Notes under the pieces: model-generated | Seen by the model: only the letters and a program-made list of their open reading frames with translations | Told to the model about the DNA's origin: nothing | The model's database searches: none | Translations under genes and position numbers: made by a program | Assembly: GCA_965140445.1 (NCBI GenBank) | Contig: OZ223236.1 | Location: forward strand, 1,792,001-1,856,000 | DNA from: Candidatus Ozemobacteraceae bacterium | Lineage (GTDB): Bacteria > Muiribacteriota > Ozemobacteria > Ozemobacterales > Ozemobacteraceae | DNA: 64,000 nt | Reading direction: 5' to 3' | Shown here: positions 27,216 through 36,917 of the stretch, piece after piece | Layout of the letters: every line of letters starts with the position of its first letter | Numbering within the stretch: the first letter of the stretch is position 1

Positions 27216-27754
27216 TTAAACCTGAAATAAAATTGAAAAGAAAATCTGGAGTAACTCTTTGGGAGATTGCTTTATTTACAGTATTTCTTGCTATAGCAGG
27301 GGGGGCTTCAGTTTTTTTCTTTTTCCTGAATTCGTCCGAGGTTCGGTATGCTCAGAAAAAATATGAATGGATTGTAAAAACAAATAAGCTTCTCGATTCT
27401 GTAGCTCTTGAAATTGCTAATAGCTTAAAATTGGAACATCCTTTTGCCGGCAGTTCAAGAGATTGCTTTTTTAAAAGCCCTATCAACGCAGGGGATCTTG
27501 GTCCATCAGTCCGAGATGAGGGATTTTCATTTACTGACAGAGGGCTAATTTATGTTGCCAGAGGTCCAGAAGGTGAAACAGAAACTCTGAAAAGACTGGG
27601 CGCGCTTTCTAATCCAATTATTCCAGGTTGCAAGGAAGGGGAATTTGTCCGAAATGGACCAGATTCAATTGAAATAAGTTTCAAAATCGATGAGCCACAG
27701 GAATCAGGAAAACTAAAAGCTTTCAAACGCACAATATTTTTGAGGAACCAATGA
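27212..27754 (+). CDS. Prepilin-type N-terminal cleavage/methylation protein (PilW/GspJ-like)
   Basis: KRKSG|VTLWE class III signal with Glu+5 and hydrophobic helix; ends in IFLRN. Confidence 0.8.
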   Translation: MIKPEIKLKRKSGVTLWEIALFTVFLAIAGGASVFFFFLNSSEVRYAQKKYEWIVKTNKLLDSVALEIANSLKLEHPFAGSSRDCFFKSPINAGDLGPSVRDEGFSFTDRGLIYVARGPEGETETLKRLGALSNPIIPGCKEGEFVRNGPDSIEISFKIDEPQESGKLKAFKRTIFLRNQ

Positions 27755-29511
27755 GCCAAAGAAACAAAGGAAAACAATCATTAATACCAGTCGTAATCAT
27801 GACTGGATTTACTCTTTTACTTCTAGGTGCTCTTGCGTTCAGGGCAGATCAAGCTGACAAAGATCTTGGAATGATTCGCATCTCAGAGAGACAGGCCAGG
27901 CTTGCTGCTGAGGCTGGTGTTCAATTTGCTTTAGATAAAATTATTGATATAGTTAAACAGAGTGAAAGGCTTTCCGCGCCTTTAAACATATCGCCAGCAA
28001 TTTTTGATTCAGAAATGGATATTGATGAGTGGAAAAGTTTTGGGTTAAAAACCAGTGCTTTTTTCAGAATTATAGGAGTTAGAAAGCTTTCAAATGTTGA
28101 CGAAAAGGATACTAGCCTGATTGACGAAGGGCAAAGATATCAAATTCTCACAGAAGGGCGCTCTGGGCGTAATCGATATTCGGTAGCAGCAGTTATTCAA
28201 CTATATGATTTGACTCATTTGTTTTCGGCTTTTAATAGTCTGAATGAATACTACTATGGCAAGCCTGTTCAGCCTTGGATTGAGGCTAGCGGTAGCCTGG
28301 AAAATTTTAAAAATGCAAACAAGGATTTATTCGACTCAGGAAAAATTGATTCAATGGGAGTTTGCAATGATCCGGGATTAATTTACCGTATCTTTGTTCC
28401 GGGAGGGAATGATCCTTTTAAACATGCGGCCGGGGCGCAAAGCTTTGGTCAGAATTTTTCCAGAAATTATTCCCGAAAAGGCGATTCGCCTGCCAAAGGG
28501 CCAGTTTATTGCACAACTCCAATGATTCTAGACTCACATAACTTTTGGGCTCCATTTCAAACTGCCAGCTATATATATAGAAGAAATGGAAGTAAGCCTA
28601 GAATTAGTATGGGAACCTCTGTTTTTGCGGTTAACTCAAGTTTAAGACTTCAACAATCAGCCGATAGCCTGGAAGGCGGAAATCCAACAAATGTCACAAT
28701 TGACAGAGATAGCGCATATTACAAGTCTTTTATTCCCGAATGGAGACCTGATATTGATTTCTTGAGAGATCTTGCAAAGAAAAAAGGCGTTTATATTGAC
28801 GAAAATGGGATTGGACACAGTGGCAACAGCTCTATCGAGATTGATTACCACCCAGAAACCGTTAAGCTTTTTTCCGATAGCTATAAAAGAAGCAACTCAG
28901 TGCAATATGAGCAGGATGAATTGGAAGCAAATTGTGTGACTTTATCATCTGATGCTAAGTTTGACGGATTTAATAATATTTCATCAAAAAATCTTCAAGG
29001 ATCAAGAATCATTTTTTCTGAGCGCTCCATTTTTCTTCGTGGAGATATTGGAAATGATCTGATCATCGTAACTCCTGGCCACATCTTTTTGACAGGACCA
29101 ACAAATGTGGACTCAAATCTGAACCTGTTTTTAATAGCAGAACAGGGTGTGGCAATTCATACTGGGGATTTTGAAAAAACACTTTCCCAGATGGGTAATG
29201 ACAGCGCATTTGTTGAAGCCGCAAGACATTGGATTATAAATGCGGTCATTTATAAACCTGGAGCTGGTTTTTATACTTCAAAAGCGCTTAAACAGGATAA
29301 AAAAGTAATAAACTTTAGAAGAGCTTTTAATGGTAAGAGTTTGAAATTAACTCTTAACGGCTCTTGCATTGAAGGAAATCTTCAACGCTGGATGGATAAC
29401 TCTGAAGAAAATGGCGTGAATCTTTTCTGGAAACCAGAAGCTGCGGATAGGCTATATTTGAGACCGATCAGTGCCAACGTTTTACGTTTAAGATCACAGC
29501 CTGATAAATAA
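27751..29511 (+). CDS. PilX/GspK-like N-terminus fused to a large unknown C-terminal domain
   Basis: Hydrophobic N-terminal helix, then QARLAAEAGVQFAL (PilX_N motif) and YQILTEGRSG. Confidence 0.7.
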   Translation: MSQRNKGKQSLIPVVIMTGFTLLLLGALAFRADQADKDLGMIRISERQARLAAEAGVQFALDKIIDIVKQSERLSAPLNISPAIFDSEMDIDEWKSFGLKTSAFFRIIGVRKLSNVDEKDTSLIDEGQRYQILTEGRSGRNRYSVAAVIQLYDLTHLFSAFNSLNEYYYGKPVQPWIEASGSLENFKNANKDLFDSGKIDSMGVCNDPGLIYRIFVPGGNDPFKHAAGAQSFGQNFSRNYSRKGDSPAKGPVYCTTPMILDSHNFWAPFQTASYIYRRNGSKPRISMGTSVFAVNSSLRLQQSADSLEGGNPTNVTIDRDSAYYKSFIPEWRPDIDFLRDLAKKKGVYIDENGIGHSGNSSIEIDYHPETVKLFSDSYKRSNSVQYEQDELEANCVTLSSDAKFDGFNNISSKNLQGSRIIFSERSIFLRGDIGNDLIIVTPGHIFLTGPTNVDSNLNLFLIAEQGVAIHTGDFEKTLSQMGNDSAFVEAARHWIINAVIYKPGAGFYTSKALKQDKKVINFRRAFNGKSLKLTLNGSCIEGNLQRWMDNSEENGVNLFWKPEAADRLYLRPISANVLRLRSQPDK

Positions 29512-29528
29512 ATGGTTAAGAGGAACAT

Positions 29529-30215
29529 ATGACCCTGTTGGATAGATTTTCTGAGGTAAAAAAGAGAATAGCTGCAAAAGCAATTGCTTGTGGCCGTTCA
29601 GAAGATGAAATTCAGTTGATAGCAGTATCTAAGACTGTTGAAACTCAGATTATTCAAGAATTGGTTGGGGTGGGGCACTTTTCATTTGCAGAAAATAGAG
29701 CCCAGGTTCTGCGTGATAAAAATAGAATCTTATCTGATAGTGGCATTGAATGGCATTTTATCGGTCCGCTCCAATCCAATAAGATCAAATATGTTTTTCC
29801 CGTGGCGTCTTTAGTCCATTCAATTGATCGAATTGATCTTATTGAAGAGTTTGCTAAATGGGCTGAAAAAACTGGTCGCAAGTGCCCAATTCTTCTTGAG
29901 GTTCATATTTCTTCAGAAGAAACAAAACAGGGGTTTGGGGTCGATGAAGTTTTAGGTGTTATCGAAAAGTTCAGGAATTCTGAATTACTAGATATAAGAG
30001 GACTAATGGGAATGGCCCCTTTTGATTCTGACCAAAGCGTTGTAAGAGGGGCATTCAGAAAACTTAAGGATCTATTTGAAGAAAGCAAAAAGTTAGAGGG
30101 ACTTGCTTATAAAGCAAGGGAGCTATCGATGGGAATGACAAATGACTTTGAGATTGCCATTGAAGAAGGCGCAACAATGTTGCGTATAGGTAGCGCAATA
30201 TTTAGTGAGGAATGA
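29529..30215 (+). CDS. yggS: PLP homeostasis protein (YggS/PLPBP)
   Basis: LIAVSKT, ENR.Q, WHFIGPLQSNKIK, GLMGM, LSMGMTNDF and RIGSAIF motifs. Confidence 0.96.
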   Translation: MTLLDRFSEVKKRIAAKAIACGRSEDEIQLIAVSKTVETQIIQELVGVGHFSFAENRAQVLRDKNRILSDSGIEWHFIGPLQSNKIKYVFPVASLVHSIDRIDLIEEFAKWAEKTGRKCPILLEVHISSEETKQGFGVDEVLGVIEKFRNSELLDIRGLMGMAPFDSDQSVVRGAFRKLKDLFEESKKLEGLAYKARELSMGMTNDFEIAIEEGATMLRIGSAIFSEE

Positions 30216-30216
30216 G

Positions 30217-30483
30217 ATGGCTGCATTATTGGGTTTTTTAAGAATTTTCCAAATGGTGATTTTCATTCGTATAATCTTGACCTGGATTATGCCAGGTCGT
30301 TTACCGAAAGGGCTGCGTCCAATTGCTGAGCCAATTGATAAGCTTTTAAAGAAGTTTCAGGTATTACTCCCTATGGGGCCTGGTTATATAGACCTGGGCC
30401 CAGCATTATGTTTGTTACTTCTGGAAGGAATTCAGAGGGTGTTGATTGCTGCAACCTATTCAGCCGGCGGGTATGGTTTTTAA
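30217..30483 (+). CDS. yggT: YggT family membrane protein
   Basis: IFIRIILTWI, EP and IDLGP motifs; follows yggS. Confidence 0.85.
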   Translation: MAALLGFLRIFQMVIFIRIILTWIMPGRLPKGLRPIAEPIDKLLKKFQVLLPMGPGYIDLGPALCLLLLEGIQRVLIAATYSAGGYGF

Positions 30484-30531
30484 CTTTTCCATGGATTGAA
30501 CATTTTTCCAAACGTTTTAAAAATTCACAGA

Positions 30532-31875
30532 TTAATCATCTTTAAAAATTGCCACAAGCTCTTTGGCGCTTTTGCCAATAGCTTTTTTAAAGGCTTCTTC
30601 AGCTTCAAAATTTAGGGATAGATTTCTTAAAATTTCTTGCATTGTAGGCCATCCAAACTCTCTAACCAGGTTCCTGGTAAACTTATAGGAAAGAAAGTAA
30701 ACTTTTGAGGCTTCTTCTACTGTTAATTTGCCGCTACGAAATGCTTGTTCAATTGCATTTATAGAAACAAATTCTTTTTCTTTTGAAAAAGCAGAATCTG
30801 ATCTTTCAAATTCAGAAATGCTTGTAGCTTCAAACATCTGAGCCAACCCTTCATTTAACCAGATAGGGCACTTTCCATCAGTCATCAGATAAGTAAGGTG
30901 ATGTGAATACTCGTGGAATGCGGCGTTTTTCAAAAACCTTGCATTTAAATTCCTGGTTGGCACAGGAATCCTGATTTTTCCATCGTATAGGCCTCCAGCC
31001 CAGTCTGGTAAATCGTGAACTCTTTTAAAATCTTCGGTTGGAAGAACAAGAATCTGGGCTCTCTGGGTTGGATAATAACCAATTCTATCGCCAACTGTTG
31101 TATAAGCTTCTTCAAAAATATTTAACAAATCTTCGGCCCATTCTTGAGAAAAGTTATCATCACAACTTAATGAGAAGTGAATGCTGGTGAAGTTTTTTAA
31201 ATTCTCTTGAAGGGAAAGTTCTCTCTGAGTTTTTGCCAAAAGCTTATTGAAGCTCTTGTCGCTACTATTCGATTCTTTCGCCATTTTTAAATGGAAAATA
31301 GCTTCATCAATGTTACCGTTTAAATAGAGGATTTTTCCGAGTTGGAGATGTGCTTGAGGATTTTCTGGTGCGAAATCCAAAATTTTCTCCAGCATTGTTT
31401 GGGCTTCTAAATTATTCTCAACTCTTTTTAATGCCGCAGCTAACTTGAGAAGAGTTTCTGAATCATGAGGTCGAAGTGCTTCAATTTGTCTGCACTCTTT
31501 TTCAACTTCATCAACTTTCTTTAGAGTAACTAAAGTCGATAAAAGGTTAAATCTTATTGAGAGATCTTCTGGTTTTTGGTCTCTGGCAGCTTCGAAATGG
31601 CGCAGAGCTTTAAAATAGTTGTGAGAACGGACATTTAAAACACCAAGATTGTTATGGGCACAGGCAAGGTTTGAATAAGCTGTATTGTTAAAAGGATTTA
31701 GCCTGCAAGCTCTTTCAAAAGAATCAATTGCTTCCTCAAACTTTCCATCATTGGCTTTTCTCATTCCTTGACGATTTAAAATCCAGGAATCATCTTCTGG
31801 GAGTGCTTTTAAAACATTAGGAGAGCTGAAATATATGCTGCAACCAATTGCCAGGATGAAAAGTTTCTTTTTCAT
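30532..31875 (-). CDS. Secreted TPR-repeat protein with C-terminal peptidase MA-like (gluzincin) domain
   Basis: Signal peptide, several TPRs, WAGGLYDGKIRIP, HEYSH and PIWLNEGLAQ. Confidence 0.88.
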   Translation of the reverse strand: MKKKLFILAIGCSIYFSSPNVLKALPEDDSWILNRQGMRKANDGKFEEAIDSFERACRLNPFNNTAYSNLACAHNNLGVLNVRSHNYFKALRHFEAARDQKPEDLSIRFNLLSTLVTLKKVDEVEKECRQIEALRPHDSETLLKLAAALKRVENNLEAQTMLEKILDFAPENPQAHLQLGKILYLNGNIDEAIFHLKMAKESNSSDKSFNKLLAKTQRELSLQENLKNFTSIHFSLSCDDNFSQEWAEDLLNIFEEAYTTVGDRIGYYPTQRAQILVLPTEDFKRVHDLPDWAGGLYDGKIRIPVPTRNLNARFLKNAAFHEYSHHLTYLMTDGKCPIWLNEGLAQMFEATSISEFERSDSAFSKEKEFVSINAIEQAFRSGKLTVEEASKVYFLSYKFTRNLVREFGWPTMQEILRNLSLNFEAEEAFKKAIGKSAKELVAIFKDD

Positions 31876-32195
31876 ATTTTTATGTCAAAATTAGAGCCGC
31901 GAAGCCCATCGGACAGCTGTGGTGCTGGCTTTTTTTCCTCCTTTTTTTCTTTTTTGGATCCTTTAGGAGAATCTGGTGCTGGTTTTCCCTTTTTTTCAGA
32001 ATCCTCGTCTTCTTTTCTTATTTTACCTTCTTCAGTTTCAGAAGCCTTTTGAATGGTTTCCGTTTTTGCTTGTTCAGCATCTTTGTTTTGAGCAACGTTT
32101 GCCGCTTGGCCAGATTCCTGAGCCTTCTGGGTTTCACGAATTCTACTTGCATCATTGTTAGCCATTAAATTGGTTTTGATGTCTATAGGTTTCAT
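31872..32195 (-). CDS. Small hydrophilic hypothetical protein (PID...G..DIKI type)
   Basis: Strong RBS; MKPID N-terminus, disordered charged middle, GSNFDIKI C-terminus; overlaps the next gene by 4 nt. Confidence 0.8.
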   Translation of the reverse strand: MKPIDIKTNLMANNDASRIRETQKAQESGQAANVAQNKDAEQAKTETIQKASETEEGKIRKEDEDSEKKGKPAPDSPKGSKKEKKEEKKPAPQLSDGLRGSNFDIKI

Positions 32196-32221
32196 AAAAA
32201 ATCACCCCCTACCTAAAGTAT

Positions 32222-32249
32222 ACATCGGCAAAATTTGGGTGAAAAGTGA
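32222..32249 (-). promoter_or_regulatory. Putative sigma28-type promoter
   Basis: Minus strand TCAC-N16-GCCGATGT, 27 nt upstream of the 32195 start. Confidence 0.5.
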
Positions 32250-32261
32250 GTTCTGAAGCAC

Positions 32262-32301
32262 TAAAAAAATAAGAACACCGTTAGGCAAAACGGTCTTTTT
32301 T
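32262..32301. terminator. Possible intrinsic terminator
   Basis: ACCGTT-AGGCAA-AACGGT hairpin with T-rich tails on both strands, downstream of the aminotransferase-like gene. Confidence 0.5.
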
Positions 32302-32382
32302 AACTCATTAATTAAGCAACCTTCTAAAAATGACTTACAGTTGTTACAAAGCTAAACAAGGAGTGCAAGGGTAAATTTTTTA

Positions 32383-33591
32383 TCAGAAAATCAGCTCGAA
32401 AGCCTTTGCAAAAGACGATAAAAGTTCTTCTGCCATATTCCCATCAATGGTCAAAGGTGGTGTCAGGCGAATGATTCTTTTACGTACGTTGCCAACTCCA
32501 GTTACCAAACCATTTCTAAATGCGGTCTGGTGAAATTTAAGAGCAGAGATTTCATTAAAAAACTCAATTTCAATCATTAAGCCTAAGCCACGAATTCCCT
32601 TTATCTCGTCAGAATCCTTAACAAGTTCTGCTATTTTATTTTTGATAAAGTTGCCTAATTGTTCAGCTTTTCTTGGAAGTCCATGTTGATGAATTATTCC
32701 CAATGTGGCCACAGCAGCAGAACATGAAGCAAGAGAAACCTCTTCTCTTGATTTTTCAGTATCTGCAAAGTGCTCTGCCATCATCATTGCCCCTAGAGGA
32801 TATCCATTGGCTGTGTTGGAACCAAGGCAGACTATATCTGGGTGAATATTAAGCAGCTGGAAACCAAAAATTCGACTTCCTGCCCTACCTAAGCCACATT
32901 GAAGCTCATTCGAAATTAAATCTACACCCTGAGATCGGCAAAAATTATCTAATTTCCCAAAGAAGGAATTGCATGGCTCAATGCTTCCTCCCACGCCAAT
33001 TGACGGATCAATAATAATAGCGGCAGTTGTGCTGGCCGTTTCCATGAGAAAACTTTCAAGAGAACATAAGCAGGCTCCCTTGCAACTCTTTCCCAGAGTG
33101 CTGATTACCTTTTCATCCAAGCCTGGTATTTTATAAGACGGCCTGGGATTGATTAGGTTGTTGTTGGTACTAACTGAAAACATTGCTTCAAATCCATGAT
33201 TGCCAGAAGCAGAGCTTACGATAAAAGCCTGATTACACATATCTTCAGATATTGCCAAAATCCGATCTTTGTTTCGGAATTTCCTGGATAGCTTACAAGC
33301 CTTCTGGATGGCCTGAGTGCCTGATTTGGCATAGATTAGATAATCCAAATAGCCAGGTTTCAAGGCTTCTAAAGCTTCCTCAAGTTTCCACTTGATATCA
33401 TCTCTTGGGGAAGTGTGGGCTTTTCTAACTGATGGTTCGGCATGCCCAACCAAAACATTTCCGTTGGCAGCAAAAGCATCCAGAAATCTAGTCCCCTTAT
33501 CATCAAAAAGGTAACAGCCTTCTGCGTGCTTGATAGAAAAATCTTTTACCCCAGGAAGTATTGACATGGGGCGCATTAAAAAGTCTTTCAT
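32383..33591 (-). CDS. Class III aminotransferase-fold protein lacking the PLP lysine (probable pseudoenzyme)
   Basis: AEGCYLFDDKGTRFLD, VGH, IRGLGLMI and IRLTPPL give the fold. NELQCGLGRAG and PDIVCLGSN replace DEVQTGxGRTG and PDIxxxGK. ATG 33591 follows AGGAG. Confidence 0.88.
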   Translation of the reverse strand: MKDFLMRPMSILPGVKDFSIKHAEGCYLFDDKGTRFLDAFAANGNVLVGHAEPSVRKAHTSPRDDIKWKLEEALEALKPGYLDYLIYAKSGTQAIQKACKLSRKFRNKDRILAISEDMCNQAFIVSSASGNHGFEAMFSVSTNNNLINPRPSYKIPGLDEKVISTLGKSCKGACLCSLESFLMETASTTAAIIIDPSIGVGGSIEPCNSFFGKLDNFCRSQGVDLISNELQCGLGRAGSRIFGFQLLNIHPDIVCLGSNTANGYPLGAMMMAEHFADTEKSREEVSLASCSAAVATLGIIHQHGLPRKAEQLGNFIKNKIAELVKDSDEIKGIRGLGLMIEIEFFNEISALKFHQTAFRNGLVTGVGNVRKRIIRLTPPLTIDGNMAEELLSSFAKAFELIF

Positions 33592-33659
33592 TTTGCTCCT
33601 ACTTTTACGTAACTCTACCTTAAAAATATTCCCAATTGGGAAGCAAAGCAACTAATATG

Positions 33660-33675
33660 TGTTTCATGTGAAACT
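33660..33675. promoter_or_regulatory. parS-like ParB binding site
   Basis: Intergenic TGTTTCATGTGAAACT, 14/16 match to the TGTTTCACGTGAAACA consensus. Confidence 0.6.
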
Positions 33676-33855
33676 TGATATTATGTAAACCTCGACCTTT
33701 TTTGATAATTGTCAGATGTGGAATGGTTGCTATAAAGCCTATAAATGGGACCCATATGAGCGTTAATAGATTCTTTGAAAATGAAACGGTGAAAATGGGG
33801 TACAAATTGTTTCCAAATTGGTTATAATTTAATAAACAAGATTGCGGGGACAAAC

Positions 33856-34383
33856 ATGAGAGGAAAAACTGTCCTATTTTTGATTGGTTTGTTATTTTTT
33901 TCTGTGTTTTATTTTCCAGAAGTCTTTTCCAATAGCTTTAATCGAGTTAAGGTGAAATATTGTGAACTTGATATTTCATGCCTCGAAAAGGATTCTCGGC
34001 TAATGATTCTTGAGGAGAGTATTAAAAGAAGCCTTACCGATTTTTATATTTTTTTTAGCGCAGATGGGAATGTGATTTTTGAAGAAAAAGCGGTTATCCC
34101 TTCCGGAAAAAATCATTTATATGGCCCATGGCAATTCGTTTCTGGAAAAAACAAGTCTCTTAGTAAAAAGCCATTACGTGGAAAGCTTGTGGTTTCATTA
34201 AATGGTTTTTCAGAAAAGGATGAACTTTTAGCAACATGGCAATTTTTCTCAAGAAGTGCCTCAGGAACCTTTAGACCTGAAACTATTCAGTTAAAAGATA
34301 AATTTGTTCCCAAATCCCCCAATACTAACTTGGGAAAGTTTGTAGCGCAGAATCTAGCGTTCGTTGCTATGTCATTTGATTAA
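33856..34383 (+). CDS. Hypothetical exported/membrane-anchored protein
   Basis: GGGGA RBS, TATAAT upstream, hydrophobic N-terminus; no motif recognised. Confidence 0.7.
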   Translation: MRGKTVLFLIGLLFFSVFYFPEVFSNSFNRVKVKYCELDISCLEKDSRLMILEESIKRSLTDFYIFFSADGNVIFEEKAVIPSGKNHLYGPWQFVSGKNKSLSKKPLRGKLVVSLNGFSEKDELLATWQFFSRSASGTFRPETIQLKDKFVPKSPNTNLGKFVAQNLAFVAMSFD

Positions 34384-34476
34384 ATTTGTAGTTTTGTTTT
34401 AAGGAAAAGATACGGCTTCATTTTTTGAGAACCTTGTCGTAGAATCAGGTTAAGTCAATTTCTTAAGGCACAGCAA

Positions 34477-35505
34477 GTGAAGAATATTTTAATTACCGGT
34501 GGGGCGGGGTTTATTGGGAGCAATTTTATTCATTTTTTATTGAACAAAAATGAATCCATCAAGGTAATCAATCTAGATAAGCTAACTTACGCTAGCAATC
34601 CTGATAATCTTGGTGATTTGCCAGATGATAGGTATTCATTTGTTGAGGGAGATATCGCCGATTCTGATTTGGTTTACAAGCTGATGAAGGACTTTTCAAT
34701 AAAGTATCTGATAAATTTTGCAGCAGAATCACATGTTGATAATTCAATTGAAAATCCTGAGATTTTTTTTAACACTAATGTGTATGGTGTGTTTAATTTG
34801 TTAAATTCGGCATACAGAAGCTGGATGGATGCTCCTGGAAAATTTAAAGAAGGATATGAGGATTGCAGATTTTACCAGATTTCAACGGATGAAGTTTTTG
34901 GTTCATTGCCCTTTGGGAAAAGTGCAGATGAAAAATTTCCATACAATCCATGCAACCCCTACAGTGCAAGTAAGGCTTCAGCCGATATGTTGGTAAATAG
35001 TTATTTTAATACATATGGCTTGCCAACGTTGATTTCAAGAAGCTCCAATAACTACGGAAAATATCAGCATTCAGAGAAATTTATTCCAAAAGTAATAAAG
35101 TCATTGCTTTCAGGCCAGAAAATACCCATTTATGGTGATGGAAATTATTACAGGGAATGGCTTTTTGTTGATGACCATTGCGAAGCAATCTATGAAATTC
35201 TATTTTGTGGGCGTGTTGGTGAATCTTATAATATTGGATCGAGTGTGGAGATTTCAAATGTTGCTTTGGTTGAAGCCGCGATTAATTTAATTAATAAGAT
35301 GTTTCCCACATTAAATGTTCAAAAAATAAAAAGCATAGAGTTTGTTGAGGATCGTCCAGGTCATGATTGGAGATATTCTTTAAATTCCAGTAAGATTTTT
35401 GAGGAGCTTGGCTGGAAACCAGAAACACAATTTCTTGATGGATTAAAGAAAACAATTGAGTGGTTTTATGAAAAACAGAACAGGATCAACGCAAATGGAA
35501 AATAG
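34477..35505 (+). CDS. rfbB: dTDP-glucose 4,6-dehydratase
   Basis: [43 protein letters not shown] and DRPGHD motifs. Confidence 0.95.
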   Translation: MKNILITGGAGFIGSNFIHFLLNKNESIKVINLDKLTYASNPDNLGDLPDDRYSFVEGDIADSDLVYKLMKDFSIKYLINFAAESHVDNSIENPEIFFNTNVYGVFNLLNSAYRSWMDAPGKFKEGYEDCRFYQISTDEVFGSLPFGKSADEKFPYNPCNPYSASKASADMLVNSYFNTYGLPTLISRSSNNYGKYQHSEKFIPKVIKSLLSGQKIPIYGDGNYYREWLFVDDHCEAIYEILFCGRVGESYNIGSSVEISNVALVEAAINLINKMFPTLNVQKIKSIEFVEDRPGHDWRYSLNSSKIFEELGWKPETQFLDGLKKTIEWFYEKQNRINANGK

Positions 35506-36850
35506 TGAAAATTTAAAATGTTTTAAAGCATACGACGTAAGAGGCAGGCTTCCAGACGAATTGAACGAAAAGATCGCTTATAAAATAGGTAGAGCTTTTG
35601 CTACGGTAATGAAGCCTGCTCATGTTGTTGTAGGGTTTGATGTTAGAGACAGTAGTAAATCCTTAACAGATGCTTTGTCTAAAGGGCTTCTTGAATCTGG
35701 TGTCGATGTCTTTAACATCGGGCTTTGCGGAACTGAAGAAATTTATTTTGCAACTTTTTTTGGCAAGTATGATGGCGGAATCATGGTAACTGCAAGCCAC
35801 AATCCTATTGATTATAATGGAATGAAGTTTGTTAAATCTGGCTCCAGGCCAATTAGTAGCGATGATGGATTAAATGAAATTAAAGAAGTTGCAGAAAGCG
35901 GAAAATTTGCAGCTTCAGAGAATACTGGAATTCTAAAAAACATTGATTTGAAGGATGATTATATTAAGCACCTTTTAGGATATGTAGAAGTTGACAGGTT
36001 AAAACCACTAAAAATAGTTGTTAACGCTGGCAATGGCTGTGCTGGACCAATCGTTGATCTCCTGGAAAAAAATCTTCCATTTGAATTTATTAGAGTTAAT
36101 CACATTCCCGATGGGAGTTTCCCAAATGGAATTCCAAATCCATTGCTTCCTGAAAACCGTTCTTCAACTTCTGAAGCCGTTATTTCCAGCAAGGCAGATT
36201 TTGGGATTGCATGGGACGGAGATTTTGATCGATGCTTTCTTTTCGATGAAAATGGAGAGTTTATTGAAGGCTATTACATCGTTGGTTTGCTTGGAGTTGC
36301 CTTTTTGAAGAGATTTGCAGGCGCAAAAATTATTCACGACCCAAGGTTAACCTGGAACACCATTGAGCTTGTAGCTGAAAATGGCGGTCAGGCAGTTATG
36401 AGTAAAACTGGACACGCATTTATAAAAGACCGTATGCGCAAAGAAGATGCGGTTTACGGCGGGGAAATGAGTGCCCACCACTACTTTAAAGATTTTGCCT
36501 ATTGTGATAGCGGAATGATTCCATGGTTATTGGTGTCAGCGCTGATATCCGAGGCTGGACAAAGTCTTGGTGAACTCGTAAAAGCACGCATGGAAGCCTT
36601 CCCAGCATCAGGAGAAATCAACAGAAAAGTTGAAAATCCCGGTGAACTAATAAGCAAAGTTAAGAAACTTTATTCTGAAAAAGCTATAAAGTTGGATGAG
36701 ACAGATGGGTTAAGTCTTGAATTCGAGGATTGGCGGCTTAATTTGAGGATGTCCAATACCGAGCCTTTGCTGCGCTTAAACGTTGAAAGCAGAGGTAATC
36801 AAGAATTAATGAAAAGTAAAACCTCAGAAATATTGAAGCTTTTAGACTGA
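35495..36850 (+). CDS. manB: Phosphomannomutase (CpsG-type)
   Basis: [33 protein letters not shown] and RMSNTEP motifs. Confidence 0.95.
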   Translation: MENSENLKCFKAYDVRGRLPDELNEKIAYKIGRAFATVMKPAHVVVGFDVRDSSKSLTDALSKGLLESGVDVFNIGLCGTEEIYFATFFGKYDGGIMVTASHNPIDYNGMKFVKSGSRPISSDDGLNEIKEVAESGKFAASENTGILKNIDLKDDYIKHLLGYVEVDRLKPLKIVVNAGNGCAGPIVDLLEKNLPFEFIRVNHIPDGSFPNGIPNPLLPENRSSTSEAVISSKADFGIAWDGDFDRCFLFDENGEFIEGYYIVGLLGVAFLKRFAGAKIIHDPRLTWNTIELVAENGGQAVMSKTGHAFIKDRMRKEDAVYGGEMSAHHYFKDFAYCDSGMIPWLLVSALISEAGQSLGELVKARMEAFPASGEINRKVENPGELISKVKKLYSEKAIKLDETDGLSLEFEDWRLNLRMSNTEPLLRLNVESRGNQELMKSKTSEILKLLD

Positions 36851-36917
36851 AAGTGATATTCTTTGATCGTAAATAATAATTGAGTTTGTTTTTTTTAGCT
36901 CTGAATCGGAGGAAAAA

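Noticed and set aside
33592..33651. Longer N-terminus for the aminotransferase-like ORF (start 33651)
   Set aside because: The AGGAG RBS supports ATG 33591; the extension overlaps the palindromic regulatory region.
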